From the human T2T-CHM13v2.0 reference genome, Homo sapiens, in the NCBI RefSeq assembly GCF_009914755.1, contig NC_060930.1: a stretch of 64,000 nucleotides of DNA; one strand, given 5' to 3'. The position numbers and the translations under genes are program-made. The notes beneath the pieces are model-generated. The model had not been told where the DNA came from and did not search any database. It saw only the letters and a program-made list of their open reading frames with translations. Positions 1 through 14,640 of this stretch are shown piece after piece; within the stretch, counting starts at the first letter, position 1, and each line of letters opens with the position of its first letter.

Positions 1-403
1 TCCAACAGAGGAAGGTTACTTGGAGGAAGAGGGGCGTGACACCCAGGATGAGCTGGCCTCTCCTAAGTTGCGGTCAATGGGGAACTCTGCACCTACAGGA
101 GCAGCCCCAGTCTGTGAGCTGCAGGGAGCATGAGACACAAAAGAAACCAACAAATAACAGGAAGCTTCAGAAAGTGTCCTTCACCCAGGCCGAGGGCTTG
201 GCTTCTGCATCCGAGGCCCCCTGGGCATAGGTCTCTGTGGGTGCCTCGCCTGGTACCTGTGGGGAAGGGGGCAGCAGGCCTGGGCAACAGAGCCCTGGAT
301 GTTCAAAGCCAGCACCGTGGAGCTGGGCAGCCTCTGCCGGCTGGGGAGTTCTGGGTGCGGGTACTGTACCAGGCCCTGTGGCTCCTGATGGCTCCTGCTT
401 TGA

Positions 404-872
<469 letters not shown>

Positions 873-2576
873 TAGCCCAGTGAGGTAGGTGTATCCCTAC
901 TTGACAGGGAGGACAGTGGTGCGCAGAGAGGCTGGCACGAGGAGGCAGTGGCAGCCTGGCCTGGGACTGTGCTCTGAGCCACTCGGTCAGGCTGTTGCTT
1001 CGCGAGGTGTGGACATGAGCTGCCACTTCACTCCCATGCACACTACAAACCAATGGGCCCCGTGGGCCCCACACATCACTCACAAGGTGCAGCATGACAA
1101 GCCTAGGTTGGGAGTGATGGATTCATTCTCCAGAGAACAATGACATCCCATAAGAATCCCACCTGAGTTCCTCCCCCAAGGAGCCATTTCTGTTCCCTGA
1201 GGGGTGAGGTGCAGAGTGGGGATGACCCTTGCACCCCAAGTGTGTGAGGAAGAGGATGAAGCTCCTCTTGTCTCAAAACTACAGAGAGTTGAGGACAGAG
1301 AACTCCTCTGAGACCAGAATAGGACGAGAAAGAGGGATTTTCCATCTACTCCACAACAGAAGGCCTGGGCCAGGGTCATGACGAGTCAGGGCCAAGACCC
1401 CTTGACCATGGGCCAAGTTTCCAGAGAGAACACAGCCAACCCTGCAGGTTCTGAAGAAAATGAGGCTGTGCTTGAAGATTGCTCTCGCTCAACCCGAACC
1501 CCGACTTGCCTAGTGGACTTAGTCAGCTGGCAGCAGACACTCAGAGTGTGAGGGGCCGTGGCTTGCATGGCCATCTATTCACTCACAGGCTATTGTTGTT
1601 AGAAAAGAATTTGCAATAGGATATGTGCAAGCAAAACACAAAAGATGTAAAATATATTTACAAGACCCAGGAGAGTGGTTAGAAACAAAATCAAGAGAAG
1701 GATAAAACGAGAATGCAAATAGGCAAGCTGTAGGAAGCCGCCTGAGGTCCCTGGCCAGCCCGCACGTTTGGTTTTGAGATTCCTCATTGCAGGAGTGAAA
1801 AGAGATCCGGTCAGGATCCAGACGCCTGTGCTTTCCAGTCTCCCTGGTTCCTGGCTCCCGAGGCTGTCTCTGCAAGGGCCTTTCCAGGTCAGAAGTCCTG
1901 CTTTCCGTCTGTTCTCACAGGAACCTCCCCTCCCACGCATTCCCTTCCTGTCCTCATTTTTCTGGCCCTTCTCTGGATTTATTTTCAGAAGCCTTTTCTT
2001 CTGAAGCTGCAGGGACAGCACAGAAGAGTCCAGGTTCCAGCGTTCCCAGGCCCCTCCCTGCCGTGGTAAACCAGGCTGAGCTCGGCCCTTCCCCACTGGC
2101 CTGGCCTGCCTTCCCGGCTGGGTGTGGGCCAGCGGCCAGGATGGGAAGCCCATGTGGAAAGAGATCTGTGTGCACCTCGAAGCAGCCAGCATCAGCCGGA
2201 GTGGAGCCCTGGCTTCTCCTTCAGAGTTAAGGGACTCATGACCTCCCTCATTACCCTTGGCTCATTTATAATCAGCTTTCCCATTATCTTGCAGTGAAGC
2301 CCTCCCAGAATCACATTAATTGCCTGTAACTGCTGCTGGGTGGTTCATTTATTTTTTCTAATTTACAGGATCCAAATGGTTTAACCCCAATTTTATTTTA
2401 AAACTTTGGGGGTTTTGTAAACTTCAGAGGCACTAAGGCTGAAGTGGCCAGACACAGACTCACACACATCCATATGCACACACATTATCACACGCACCAT
2501 GGCACAAGCCAGGCAGGCCTTTTGGGTGAGACACGGGGGAGTCAGGCAATATGATCTGAGGGGCTGATATGTAACC

Positions 2577-4495
2577 AGCACTCCCACCATCACCAACAAC
2601 ACCACCACTGCCAACATCAGCACCAACACTTCCACCCCCACCCAAACCACCACAACACCATGGCCACCACCACCACCAATACCAACACCAACACCGCCAC
2701 TATCGCCACCGTCCCCACCACCACCACCACCATCACCATCCTCACTATCATCACCAACAATACCACCATTGTCAACATCAATACCAACACTACCACCACC
2801 ACCACCATCACCAAACCACCACAACACCATGGCCACCACCACCATCAATACCAACACCAACACCACCACTATCACCACCATCCCCATCACCACCACTACA
2901 ACCATCCCCACCATTACTATCATCACCATCACCAACAATGCCATCACCGCCAACATCAATACCAACACTACCACCACCACCACCACCACCACCGCTGCCG
3001 CCATCACCATCACTGTCACCACCACCAAACCATCACAACACCATGACCACCACCACCACCAATACCAACACCATCACCAACACCAACATCACCACTATCA
3101 CCACCATCCCCACCATCACCATCATCACCAACACCAAAACTGCCAACACTATCACCATCACCACCATCACCACTACCACCACCATCTCTACCAACATCAA
3201 TACCAACACTACCACTACCACCAACCAAAACCATCACCACACCATTATCACCACCACCACCAATACCAACACCATCACCACCACCACCAACAACACTATC
3301 ACCAGTATCCCCACCATTGCCATCATAATCACCATCACCACCAATAACACCAACACCATCCCCCACCACCATCCCCACCACTATCACTGCTATCAACACC
3401 AGCACTAAAACACCATCACCACCACCACCAACACTACTACCAACACTAACACCATTACTACCACCAACACCATCTCTGCACCATTACCACCACCACCACC
3501 ACCAACACCCATAACTACTACCATCAATACCAACACCATCACTACCACCAACACCATCACCACCTATACTCCCACCAACACCATCAATATCAATACTACC
3601 AACACCAACACCACCAATACCACCAACAGCATCACCACCACCACCATCAATATCAATACTACCAACACCAACACCACCAATACCACCAACCGCATCACCA
3701 CCACCACCACCATCAATATCAATACTACCAACACCAACACCACCAATACCACCAACAGCATCACCACCACCACCACCATCAATATCAATACTACCAACAC
3801 CAACACCACCAATACCACCAACAGCATCACCACCACCACCATCAATATCAATACTACCAACACCAACACCACCAATACCACCAACAGCATCACCACCACC
3901 AACACCATCAATATCAATACTACCAACAGCATCACCACCACTACCACCATCACCATAACACCACCAACACCAACACCATTACCACCACCAATGACACCAA
4001 CACCATTACCACCACCACCACCCTCACCAACACCAACACTAAACCATCACCACCAATACCAACACCACCACCAATACCAACACCACCACAATACCATCAC
4101 CAACACCATTACCACCACCACCATCCCTACCACCACCATCATGACCACGATCACCATCACTGCCCAAGCCATCACTACCATAATAGCCATCACCAACAAC
4201 ATCATCACCACCAACACCAGCAGCAGCACCATTGCTACCACCACCATTGCCAGCACAACCACCACCACCATCAACACTAGCACTATCACTGTCACCACCA
4301 CCATCACCACTATCACCATCATCACAACACCAACTCTATTACCACCACAAACACCATCACCACCACCACCATCACCACCACTACCATCATCACCATCAAC
4401 ACCATTACTACCACCACCATCACCAATAATATTATTACTCCTACTACCAACAACACTAACACCACCACTTCCACCTCCATCGCTAGCCATCATCA
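2577..4495. repeat. Degenerate (ACC/ATC/AAC)n low-complexity repeat with an internal 63-66 bp subarray
   Basis: About 1.9 kb almost free of G on the plus strand; ATCAATATCAATACT recurs at 3583, 3646, 3712, 3778, 3841, 3907. Confidence 0.95.
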
Positions 4496-4498
4496 TGT

Positions 4499-4530
4499 GT
4501 ACACACACACACACACATGCACATATACAC
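4499..4530. repeat. (CA)n microsatellite
   Basis: gtacacacacacacacacatgcacatatacac. Confidence 0.9.
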
Positions 4531-4694
4531 ATTTTGTAAGTTAAATAGTGAATGAAGAAATTTGCAGGAAAAAAAGTTTGCTGACCTCCTGCAATGGTGT
4601 CGAGAATGCTATTATTTACATGTTTCTATCTTAACAGAGGCACAACTTCCCTCTATCCTTGGTGAGGAGTAGATCCTATAAAACAACAGTAGAT

Positions 4695-4868
4695 AAGTGG
4701 GTCTCAAACTCTATCATGCAAGAGAATCACCCAGAGGGCTTCTTAAAACACAGATTCCAGGACTCCACCTAGAGTTTCTGATTCAGCAGGTCTGGCTTTG
4801 GGCTTACTCATTTGTGTTTCTAATAGGTTCCCAGGTGATGGCTCTGGGGCCACACTTGAGAATCATTA
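4695..4868. mobile_element. MER5A-like hAT-Charlie DNA transposon remnant
   Basis: gtgggtctcaaact...agaatcacccagagggcttcttaaaacacagatt...ctgattcagcaggtctgg...ccacacttgagaatca resembles the MER5A consensus. Confidence 0.75.
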
Positions 4869-6985
4869 CAGTAGGTGAGGCACATACTCACATTCGCACA
4901 CACACACAGAAACACTTGCAGAATGGATCAAACCTTTTTTATGTAAAAGTTTCTGTCAAAGTAGAGCTTGGAGAATGTGGAGAAAAAAAAATTAATAAAA
5001 TGAGAGCTAAAGACACGTTAAAACCATTTAACCAGCTGAGAAAAGTAATGTTATAATATGATTGGCCTGGAGATGTAAATTTTGGAGACATATAGAAAAT
5101 AGAAGTTTTAAGGTCAAAGAAACCTTTCCGATGCTAGGACAGAGATGGAACCATTCAGAAGCAGCTGTAATGTGGAGGTGGAGCCATGGATGAGCTGAGA
5201 AGCAGCAAGCAGTGATGTCAAGGCCCAGCGGTGGGTGGGGAGGATCCCTGCTGAAGGCAGGAGGTGCCATGAGGGGCGTGAACACAGTGTCCCTGGTGAC
5301 CCGGTCAGCAGCATTGCAAAATGTTAGTGCAGCCGGCACCTGTTTTCAGACATGACCAAGGCCCCAAGAAAGAGGCCAGCAGCTAAGGGGGTCAGCGGAG
5401 CGGTGGGAAGTGGGGACCCTGAGTCAGAAGCCTGGCCTTTGTCACCCACTAGCACTCACTTAGCCTCTCCGCGATGACACAAAATGCCAACAACAGTCAG
5501 AGCTTGCCAGCTGCCCAATTGCTCTGCAAGGCTCAAAGCGCTCTTATTACCAAAAGTGAGACTAAAATGCAGATGGTACATCCAACTCAAGAGAAGCTAC
5601 CCTGCCTAGAGGGTTCTGTATGCTTTGTCTCAGGTTTGAGGCAGTTTAGAGACAGATGAGCAGATAGACTTGCAGAGGGGCTGTGGAGAGACTGCACAAG
5701 GGTAGGCAGGTGAGGTAGCAGCCCCCCGCAGACCCAGTCACCTCCCTTGGCCTCTTGGTGCCTGAAATGCTGCCTTCTGATATGCTGTTCATCTGAAGAC
5801 CTTTCCATGTTCCAGAGTTTCTGCTGAAAATGCAAATATCCCTGGGAGATGTGGTGCCTTACGCCCTCTAGCCTGGGGAAGCAGCTGGCCCTGGCCACCC
5901 GCACAGAGCCGGGATGTTTGGGCTCACTCTTCCTGCCTTGTGTGGCCCCTGCATATATTTTTAGCTGATTTTTCAACTTTGCAAACATCCAGGGAGGAAA
6001 GAGCAGCCAGAAAACACAGTTCTCAATATTCAGATGGAAAGAAAACTCATTTGTAGCTAATCCTAATGGTTCTCAATTCAAAAAATATGGGCTGGTACCA
6101 AGAAGATATTCAAAGATCTCACCATTTCTTGAAGCTGAGTCTTCCCTGGCCTCCATCACATATCCATGACAGTGATAGGGGGTGTGACAGGCACCAGGAT
6201 TTTTAAAACTCCCCAGATGACTCTGATGGGCAGCCATGCTTGAGAACCCGTGGCCTGGTCCGCTGTTAGGGCGAGAGAAACCCAGGGCTGGTGTTCCCCT
6301 CCTCCACCTGCTCGCTGTGTGGTCATAGGTCAGTTCCCCGCAGTCTGAGTGCCCAGCGCTGTCACCTGGGAAATAGGAGGGGCAACTTCCTTCCCAGGGT
6401 AGATGTATCAGAGATAATGTGTGTGAGAGTGCCCGAGGCATGGAGTTGGTGGGGGGGGGGGGCTGGCCAAAGAGAGATGTCATTATTTGTGATTTTACTG
6501 AGGAAGAAACTGAGGCACTGAAGCTGTGCATAAACCTTGGTCTGGCTCCCTGAAAACGAGACAGTTGGAGTGGAAAATGTCAAAGGTTCCTTTGAGCTCT
6601 AGCAATGTGGAGTTCTGCAGTCAGAGGGTTGAAATGCTGGGACATCTTGAATTGTTTTGAAAGGAAAGACTCATAAACGAGGCACATAGAGCCTTAGGAA
6701 ACAACCTGAATCCATGCACAGTGAAACAAAACGAAACAGAGCCTCAGCTACTGAATTCATCTCCTCCCCTGACGCCCCGTTGCCCAGGGCCTCTCATTTC
6801 CACAGACTGCAGTTGCAACCTCTTGGCCCTTCTTGGTCGCCAGTCGTTTCAGGTCCTGGGCTAATGGACGTGGCCTGGGAGTGATCAGCCAGGGCCATTA
6901 CCCCTTGGACGGTGCTGTAGGCAGACCTAGGCTTCGGGACTCCTGGGCTCCTGGACCCCTGGAAGAGTGTCGAGAAACATCTGGA

Positions 6986-7215
6986 CAGGATTTCTCAATC
7001 TGGGCACTACCGACATTTTCAGCAGTGAATTCTTTTTTCGTGGGGACCTGTGCTGTGCATGGCAGAATGCTTAGCAGCATCCTGGCCTCTACCCACGAGG
7101 TGCCAGTAGCACCCTCTTAGTGTCTCTAGGCAATACCAGAGACGTCCCCTGGGGGAAGAGAGGCAAAACTCCACCCACCAACCCCCTCCCCCCAGCCTCT
7201 CATTGAGAACTGCTG
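6986..7215. mobile_element. MER20-like DNA transposon remnant
   Basis: caggatttctcaatctgggcact...tgtgcatggcagaatgcttagcagcatcctggcctctacccac...ttgagaactgctg, with terminal inverted ends. Confidence 0.8.
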
Positions 7216-8019
7216 ATCTGGAGGCACCCTAGTTGTCCGGAGGCGGAGGGAGGAATGGGGCTCCTTGGGGTCAATATGAATTTGTTTTGTATTCCTTGTA
7301 TTTAAATCCACACAAGAAAGAGCCACTCTACAAAGGGCAGAGTTGTTTCAACTGCAGATGGACTCTTCCGGGACTAGAGGAAAGGATGGGATTTTCTTCT
7401 TCGAGGTGCTCTTTAAAAGGACACCCTGAAGCCCGGCAGCTGCAGCCAGGGATGAGACCTCACCAACCAAGGCGACGTAGGTAACAGGGCCCATGGGCCC
7501 CCAGGAGGCTCACAGGGAGGGCCCTCCCCTGGCCAGGCCTCGGGTGGGCTGGGTTTGCCGGCTATGCCCCGCCCACACTCGCCCTCCCAGCGGGCCCAGC
7601 TCCTATACCCTGCTGGGTGCGTCTTCACTGTGGTTCACAGAGAGACGTTCTCACTGCCTTGCTCTGTGGAAAAGCAGATTGCCGAGGTGGATGGGAGGGA
7701 TCCCTATTTTGGAAAAATAACATATCACCGTACACACACCCACACGCAGAGGGGAAAATGTGGCAGCAGACACCAAAATATTCCTATAGTTATTGATGGA
7801 AGCTGGGATTTCAGGTGCCTTTTTTGCTTATGTTTTCTCATTTTTTGACCTTGAACATGTAGTTACTTATAACAAGAAAAAGTCATTCGAGAAAGTAAAG
7901 AAAGTAGACAGAAAATGGCACCTTAAAACCCAAACCGCCAGAAACACCACTTAGATCTCAAAAAGGCACTAGGAAAAGCCCACTTCTGGTTTTTGGGTTT
8001 TGGCAGCCACCATGCAGAG

Positions 8020-9015
8020 GGCGGCCCCTGGGTGCTGAGAGTTCCGGGGTCGGGAGTGGGATACAGGTGGGTAAATGAGGGGCTCCGAGAGGGTGCAGCT
8101 GCGGGCGCTGAGGACTGAACTCTCCTGGGAGCACGCGCGGGGGACAGGGAACGGCGGCCACGCCCGGGGACCGACGCTGCAGCCGGGAGGAGGCTCAGTC
8201 TCTGCGCCTGGGGGCGTCCAGGGAGATGCCAGGTGGGCGCGGCCAGACGCGGGACCTGGGGACCACGGCACCCGCAGCCACGCCTTCAGGACGCGTGGGC
8301 GGGACGGGCTCCGTGGGCTTCTGATGAGGACGGTCGGGGAGATGTCGCCTGCGCGTTTCCGGGAGCCTCCAGTGGCCCCGGTTCCAGGGGACCAGACAGA
8401 AAACAAAAGAGCAAAAGGCAGCCAAGGCCTCCAGCTAGGGGTCATCCCCGCAGCCCCGGTCCCGGACGGGGCGGGAGGCCGCTGTGGGGACGCGCCGCCG
8501 GGCCTCGCTGTCAGGTCGCCCGCGCCCCGCTCCGCCCGCCCCGTACAGGCGGCGACAGCCCCGCCTAGGCCCGCGCCTCGGCCGCCCTCTGCTGGGCGAA
8601 GCGAGCACCACGGCCGAGCGGCGGCCCCGGGAGCGCCGCGGGGACTGCAGAGCGCGGGGAAGCGGCGGCAGCGGAGGCTCGGCCTGGAAGGCAGGGGCCT
8701 TGGGGGCGTCCGGGGAGAGGGCCGGGGACATCTGTCCAGCGTGGGCCGTGCGCGGTGCCGAGCGCGCGGGGAGGGCCGAGGAGCTAGACGCGGACCCAGC
8801 TCCTCTAGGAGCCGGGAGGGATGGGAGGGACGGAGGGTAAACGGGCAGTGCCGGCCGAAGCCCGGTGGGACTCGGCGGCAGACAGACAGGCGGCTTCCGA
8901 GGGAGGACCCGGGGCCGGGCGCGGGCGGCGGGAGGCGAGGCCCTGGAGGCCTGGCGCTTCTCTGCACCGCGAAGACCCGGAGGCTTCAAGCAACAGACGC
9001 GGTTCTGGAGGCCGG
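8020..9015. promoter_or_regulatory. CpG island (orphan promoter/enhancer-like)
   Basis: About 1 kb of very high GC with dense CpG and multiple GC-box-like motifs (ggggcgggag, ccgcccgcccc, gggcgg). Confidence 0.85.
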
Positions 9016-9239
9016 AAGTCCAGAGTCAAGGTCCCCGAAGGCTGGGGGAGAGAATCTGTTCCATGCCTTTCTCTTGGCCTCTGGGGTACAGGGTCCTCAG
9101 TGTTCGGGGCTTGTCTCCCGTCACTCCAGTCTCTGCCTCTGTGGCCACATGGCCCTGTGTCCCTGTGTCTGTCTTTTCTCCTTTTACAAGGACAACAGTG
9201 GTCTTGGAGTAGAGCCCACTCTCATCAAATTTAGCTTCA

Positions 9240-9547
<308 letters not shown>

Positions 9548-9845
9548 CCTCCTGTAATCCCGGCACTTTGGGAGTCCAAGGCAGGCGGATCACCTGAGGT
9601 CAGGAGTTTGTGACTAGCCTAGCCAACATGATGAAACCCCATCTCTACTAAAAGTACGAAAAATTAGGCTGGTGGCGGGTGCCTGTAATCCCAGTCACTC
9701 AGGAGGCTGAGACAGGAGAATCGCTTGAACCTAGGAGGCGGAGATTGCAGTGAGCTGAGATCGCGCCACTGTACTCCAGCCTGGGTGATAGAGTGAGACA
9801 GCGTCCCCCTCTCAAAATAAATAAATAAAAATAAAATAAATAAAG
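9548..9845 (+). mobile_element. Alu (AluS-type), lacking the first ~20 nt
   Basis: Starts at cctgtaatccc directly after the preceding Alu tail; (aaat)n tail. Confidence 0.93.
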
Positions 9846-10852
9846 TGTGTGTGTATACATACATAGCTTCATTTTAACTTGCTGAAAATGGAAAGGCCTG
9901 ATTTTCAAAGAAGGCTTCAACACTGAAATCTTCAACACCAGGGGTTTGGACTTTAACATACCTTTTGTGGGGACACAGTTCCACATACAGCAGGCCTGTT
10001 CCAGGTGGGCGTGCAAAGTCCACAGGGCTTCACTCCCAAGGCAGAGAGAACCTTGAAAGTTGTCATGATCTCACCTCACCGGAGTGGCCCTAGAAGGCAA
10101 GAGCCCAGCCCTGAGTCCCAGCAAGGAGGATTCCAAGCACTTCCACTCCCCAGGGAGGGAGGGGGCCTGGGGACTGCTTGGGGTTTTAGATCAACCCATG
10201 TATTGTAGGCAACGATTATTTTATTCTCAAAAAACAAACATGCCACAAATATCCCTCCTTCACTTTCTTTAGTTAGAAGAGCAAGCCATGTTCACTGAGG
10301 GAAAATGGGGAAAGTAGATTATAAAGGTTTAAAATTCCAGTGCCCCATGATGGCCGCACACGAAAAGGTGCATCTGTCTACCTAAGTGGGTTGGATGTCA
10401 CTGTCTGCAGTGGAATAATGCCACATGCCAACCTTTCTGGAACTATGACTTTTGCCGTCACTTTTTGAGTTTAGTTTCCTAGACTCATCAATAGGGCTGT
10501 TCTCTGAAAATATGACCTGCAGTTAGGACTCGGTGCCTCTATAAATGGCAGGTGCTTTGCTCATGTGGCTCAGAAGATGTGGAGAGTCTGGGCCTGTCTT
10601 GAGGAGGTGAGCTTGGGGAGGGTGCCCCTTGGCCACAGGCGCCACGCTCTGGCAGGACCAGGGGATGTGACCTTCTAAGGAGACACGACCCTGGTAAATA
10701 AGCAAGATAGCTGCCGGAAGAATAAGGCGGAAAGTGTCCAGAAAGGATGGGGGTGGGGAAGAGACCCAGGGGTCTCGCAGGCCAGGAGCAGGGCCAGGCT
10801 GGCTGTGGGAGAGTTGAGAAAGAGGGGGTGCAGGGGCTGCACGGAGAGGGGA

Positions 10853-10876
10853 GTGTGTGTGTGTGTGTGTGTGTGT
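10853..10876. repeat. (GT)n microsatellite
   Basis: About 12 GT units. Confidence 0.9.
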
Positions 10877-12468
10877 ACTGCTTCTTTTGAACAATGTAGA
10901 GTTCTCTATTACAATTGCTACATACCAATAGCCTTAAATGACAAACTAATCTCACAGAGTAAGATTTCAAAAAATAAAGGACTGAAATAAAGGCATGCAC
11001 TGGGCTCTCTCTCATGGTGTCTTTTCCCCCCCTCCGAGATAAGAAACTTCCTTTGTTCTAACCTGGGAAGCTCAGGGATCTCCGTTCAGCCAGAACCGGA
11101 ACTCTCTTTAGAGTTAAACCCACAACAGAAGAGCCTCCATTTCCCTCTTCTGCACTCCAACCAGCAGGGAAGCCCTTCTCTCCTCTGGTCCCACTCATGG
11201 CAGACAATAAGGAATGACATGGAATCTCCATTCGAGCGCATAAATACTCCAACTGTTTTCCTCCAGCCAGAAGTGACTCCACATTTCCCAGCCTCCCAGT
11301 CAAGCTAGTCCCAGCTAGCTAAGCATAATGCCCAAATATTAAACAATGCTTAAGATGAAAGTGGGGTGTCACAAACAGCCACCACTTGAGGTAAACATTT
11401 TACAAACTACACTTTAGAAACTAAACATTTACCATTTGCCATTGAAAAGTTTTCATTTCAGAGCTCAGGGTTATAGCAACCCAGGATCTTTTACAGAAGC
11501 AGAAACTTAAAGCTGAGTTGGTGCACGGGATGTTTTGTGTTGAATTTTTCACAAAAGCCAAGTCAGGATTTCAGATACCTCCAGAAATAAGAAAGCTACC
11601 ATGGGAAGATTTCAGCAGTATTTATTTTTATTTACAATTTATACCCTGTCAGCTTCTAAAAAGGATTGGAGGCAGCTTCCAATAAAAGATACACGCACAA
11701 TAAGATTGCTAAAATGGGAACAGAAAATTGAAAACTCATGCCAAAGAAGGAGGGAGTCAAAAAGGTGGTAAGATTATTATGACGCGAGATTAAATTTAGT
11801 TCCAAGCTTTCTGATGGCCAAAGCAAAGATGGAAATGTGGAGGCTGGCAGGCACTTCAGTATCTGAATAAAGAAAAGAAAATCATAATCCGTGTATTAGT
11901 CTTCAAGGGGTATCAGCGGGTCTCCAGTACCGTGTTCATTGGGTGACCCCTATAAGGGCCTTTGAGTCAGGTGATGGAGAGGGTCCAGCCCTCCTGCGTG
12001 TGGCAAGCCTAGGCTTTGGAGTGGGACACCCGCCGCGCCAGGCCCCAGGCAAGGGGCCCAGCCCAGCCCTCGCTGCAGAGTGCCTACTCCTACAGCTGCC
12101 TCACCCTGAGGTGAATTATCCACAAGGCCAGGGCCTCTCATTTCCTACTCAGTCAGCCCCGAGACCCCTGAGGCTTGGCCTTTGCCCTGGGTCCATCCTC
12201 TCCAGTGGCTAGCCCTGCACATGTTCATGCCTCTGGGCCTCAGGAGGGCCAGGGGCAGCCAGTGGGGTGCAGGGGAATTTGGACTGCAGGCTGGGTTGTC
12301 CACACGCTTGTTACTATAATCATTGTTATTTCTGATTCACCGTGCAATTCGGCCATTTATATTTATAATGCTATTTGAGAGATTGTGAAAAAGCAACACC
12401 ACCCTGAAAACACACAGTCTTCCTCTAGGCTAGATAGGCTGCAACAGATTAGCGCTTTTCCCTCCTTC

Positions 12469-12827
<359 letters not shown>

Positions 12828-12848
12828 TGACATTTAAGGACCAGATTG

Positions 12849-12986
12849 GGCTGGGTGCAATGGCTCATGTCTGTAATCCTAGTGCTTTGGAAGGCCAAGG
12901 CGGAAGGATCGCTTGAGGCCAGGAACTGGAGGCTTCCATGAGGTGTGATCACACCACTGCACTCCAGCCTGCATAACAGAGTGAGA
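12849..12986 (+). mobile_element. Alu monomer (FAM/FRAM-like or internally deleted old Alu)
   Basis: Left-arm-type start (ggctgggtgcaatggctcatgtctgtaatcc) joined to a right-arm-type end (ccactgcactccagcctg...agagtgaga) within about 140 bp. Confidence 0.75.
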
Positions 12987-13008
12987 AAAAAAAAGAAAAA
13001 GAAAGAAA

Positions 13009-13050
<42 letters not shown>

Positions 13051-13206
13051 GAAAGAAAGAAAGAAAGAAAGGAGGGAAGGGAGGAAGGGAGGAAGGAAGA
13101 GAGGAAGGAGAAAGAAAGAAAAGAGAGAAACAAAGAAAGAGAGGAAGGAATGAAGGAAGGAGAAAGAAATAAGAAAGAAAAGAAAGAAAGAAAGAAAAGA
13201 AAGGAA

Positions 13207-13240
<34 letters not shown>

Positions 13241-13390
13241 AAAAAGAAAGAAAAAAGAAAGCCACAGAGAGAGAGAGAGTGGGGGAAGGAAGGAAGGAAG
13301 GAAACAAGAAAAGAGAAAAAAGAAAAGAAGGAGGGAGGGCAAGGAAAGGAAGGAAGGAAGGACGGAAGGAAGGAAGGAAGGAAGGGAGAA
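12987..13390. repeat. Polypurine (GAAA)n/(GGAA)n tract grown from the Alu tail
   Basis: About 400 bp of nearly pure A/G. Confidence 0.95.
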
Positions 13391-13539
13391 GCAATTTCTC
13401 TTTCTTCTCTGCTCTCTTGTCCCTTTATCCAACCCTCCCCTAAAATTCTCAGGACTTTCTACTCTATTATAGTTTTTTTTCTGTTTTCTTTTTCTTTTTC
13501 TTTTTTTTTTCTCTGGTATCTTCTCTCGTCTTAGAGTTT

Positions 13540-13655
13540 GGTCCTGTGGAGGGCAAGGACTATATCTGATGTATCTTTGATTCTCTGGGATTTACCACAA
13601 TGCCCGATGCCTATAGATCCTTAATAAATGTTTGTTGTCCAAATGAAAGAATGAA
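13540..13655 (+). mobile_element. L2 3'-end remnant
   Basis: ctgtggagggcaaggactatatctg...acaatgcccgatgcctatagatccttaataaatgtttgttg...aatgaa. Confidence 0.6.
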
Positions 13656-13961
13656 AAAGATCATATCGTAAAAATAGAGATAAGTTGGGAAGATATATCG
13701 GTTATGCTGTTCTGTTGAGGGAAAGGTCATGTATTTAGAAATTTAAACTTTTGGTTATTGTGTTCACATCATAGTATACAAGCATCATTTATAGTTTGGC
13801 TTTGAGAACTTTTCTGGTATTACGTTTATGGAAAATGTATAAAAGAAACAAGTTTTGGTTATATTTTTATATTTGTAAAGTAAAAGTTTGGTTAAAGTGA
13901 TCACTGTTCTTTTTTTATTTTATTGTTATTTCAATAAAAAATATTTGAAAGAGAAAAAAAA
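13656..13961 (+). pseudogene. Probable 5'-truncated processed retrocopy (3'-UTR end only) of an unidentified mRNA
   Basis: AT-rich UTR-like block with AATAAA at 13933-13938, an A-run at 13954-13961 and imperfect flanking repeats aaagaatgaa/aaagaatcaa. Confidence 0.55.
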
Positions 13962-14364
13962 GAATCAATGAAGGCAGAGACTAAAACAACAACAACAGCA
14001 AAACCAGCGCAGCCTTGCGGTGCTGGGTGGAGCCGCGGCTGAGGGAGGAGAAAGGGCGGAGCCCGGGACGGCCGCTCTCCCCGCATTGTGTCCTGGTGGG
14101 CCTCTGAGGAGTCTGAGAATTCCAAATGTGAACCTGGCGGTCCAGGCTGCCATGAAGCTGTCTGTCAGGGAAGGAGACCGAGCGCATTTTACTCCCCAGG
14201 TTACGAGCTTGGTGGGTGACTGTTGCGCGTAACTTTTACGAAGGTGGCCGGGACCTGGGCCTGCATTCAGTCTTGCCCCGGGCCCAGCAAATGCTCAATT
14301 TCAGGCTACAGTCGTCTTTCCCTTGTAGTCTGCTGCCTGGGCCAACGGGGTGTGGGGGCTTTAT

Positions 14365-14640
14365 AGGCCAGATGTGAGTTTGAATCCGAGCTGTGACATT
14401 TATTAGATGCGTGATCTTGGACAAAAAATTCACCTGATTTTCATTCCAGCCATGTGACCCCAGATACACTATGAATAAATAGTGCAAATGGAGGCCTCAG
14501 TTTCCTCCTCTGTACGATGAGGATATAATAGTGTCCACCTCACGGAGAGTGTGAGGATTAAATGAGTTAATATATGTAAGGTCCTTAGAGCAGTGCCTGA
14601 TATATAGTAAATGCTACATAGGTGCTGTTGTTATTATCAA
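14365..14640 (+). mobile_element. MIR
   Basis: tttgaatccgagctgtgacatttattag...cctcagtttcctcctctgta...gtgaggattaaatgagttaatatatgtaa core. Confidence 0.8.

Noticed and set aside
2393-4539. Mucin-like poly-Thr, poly-His and poly-Val ORFs
   Set aside because: They are translations of the (ACC)n low-complexity repeat in all frames, with no signal peptide or splice context.
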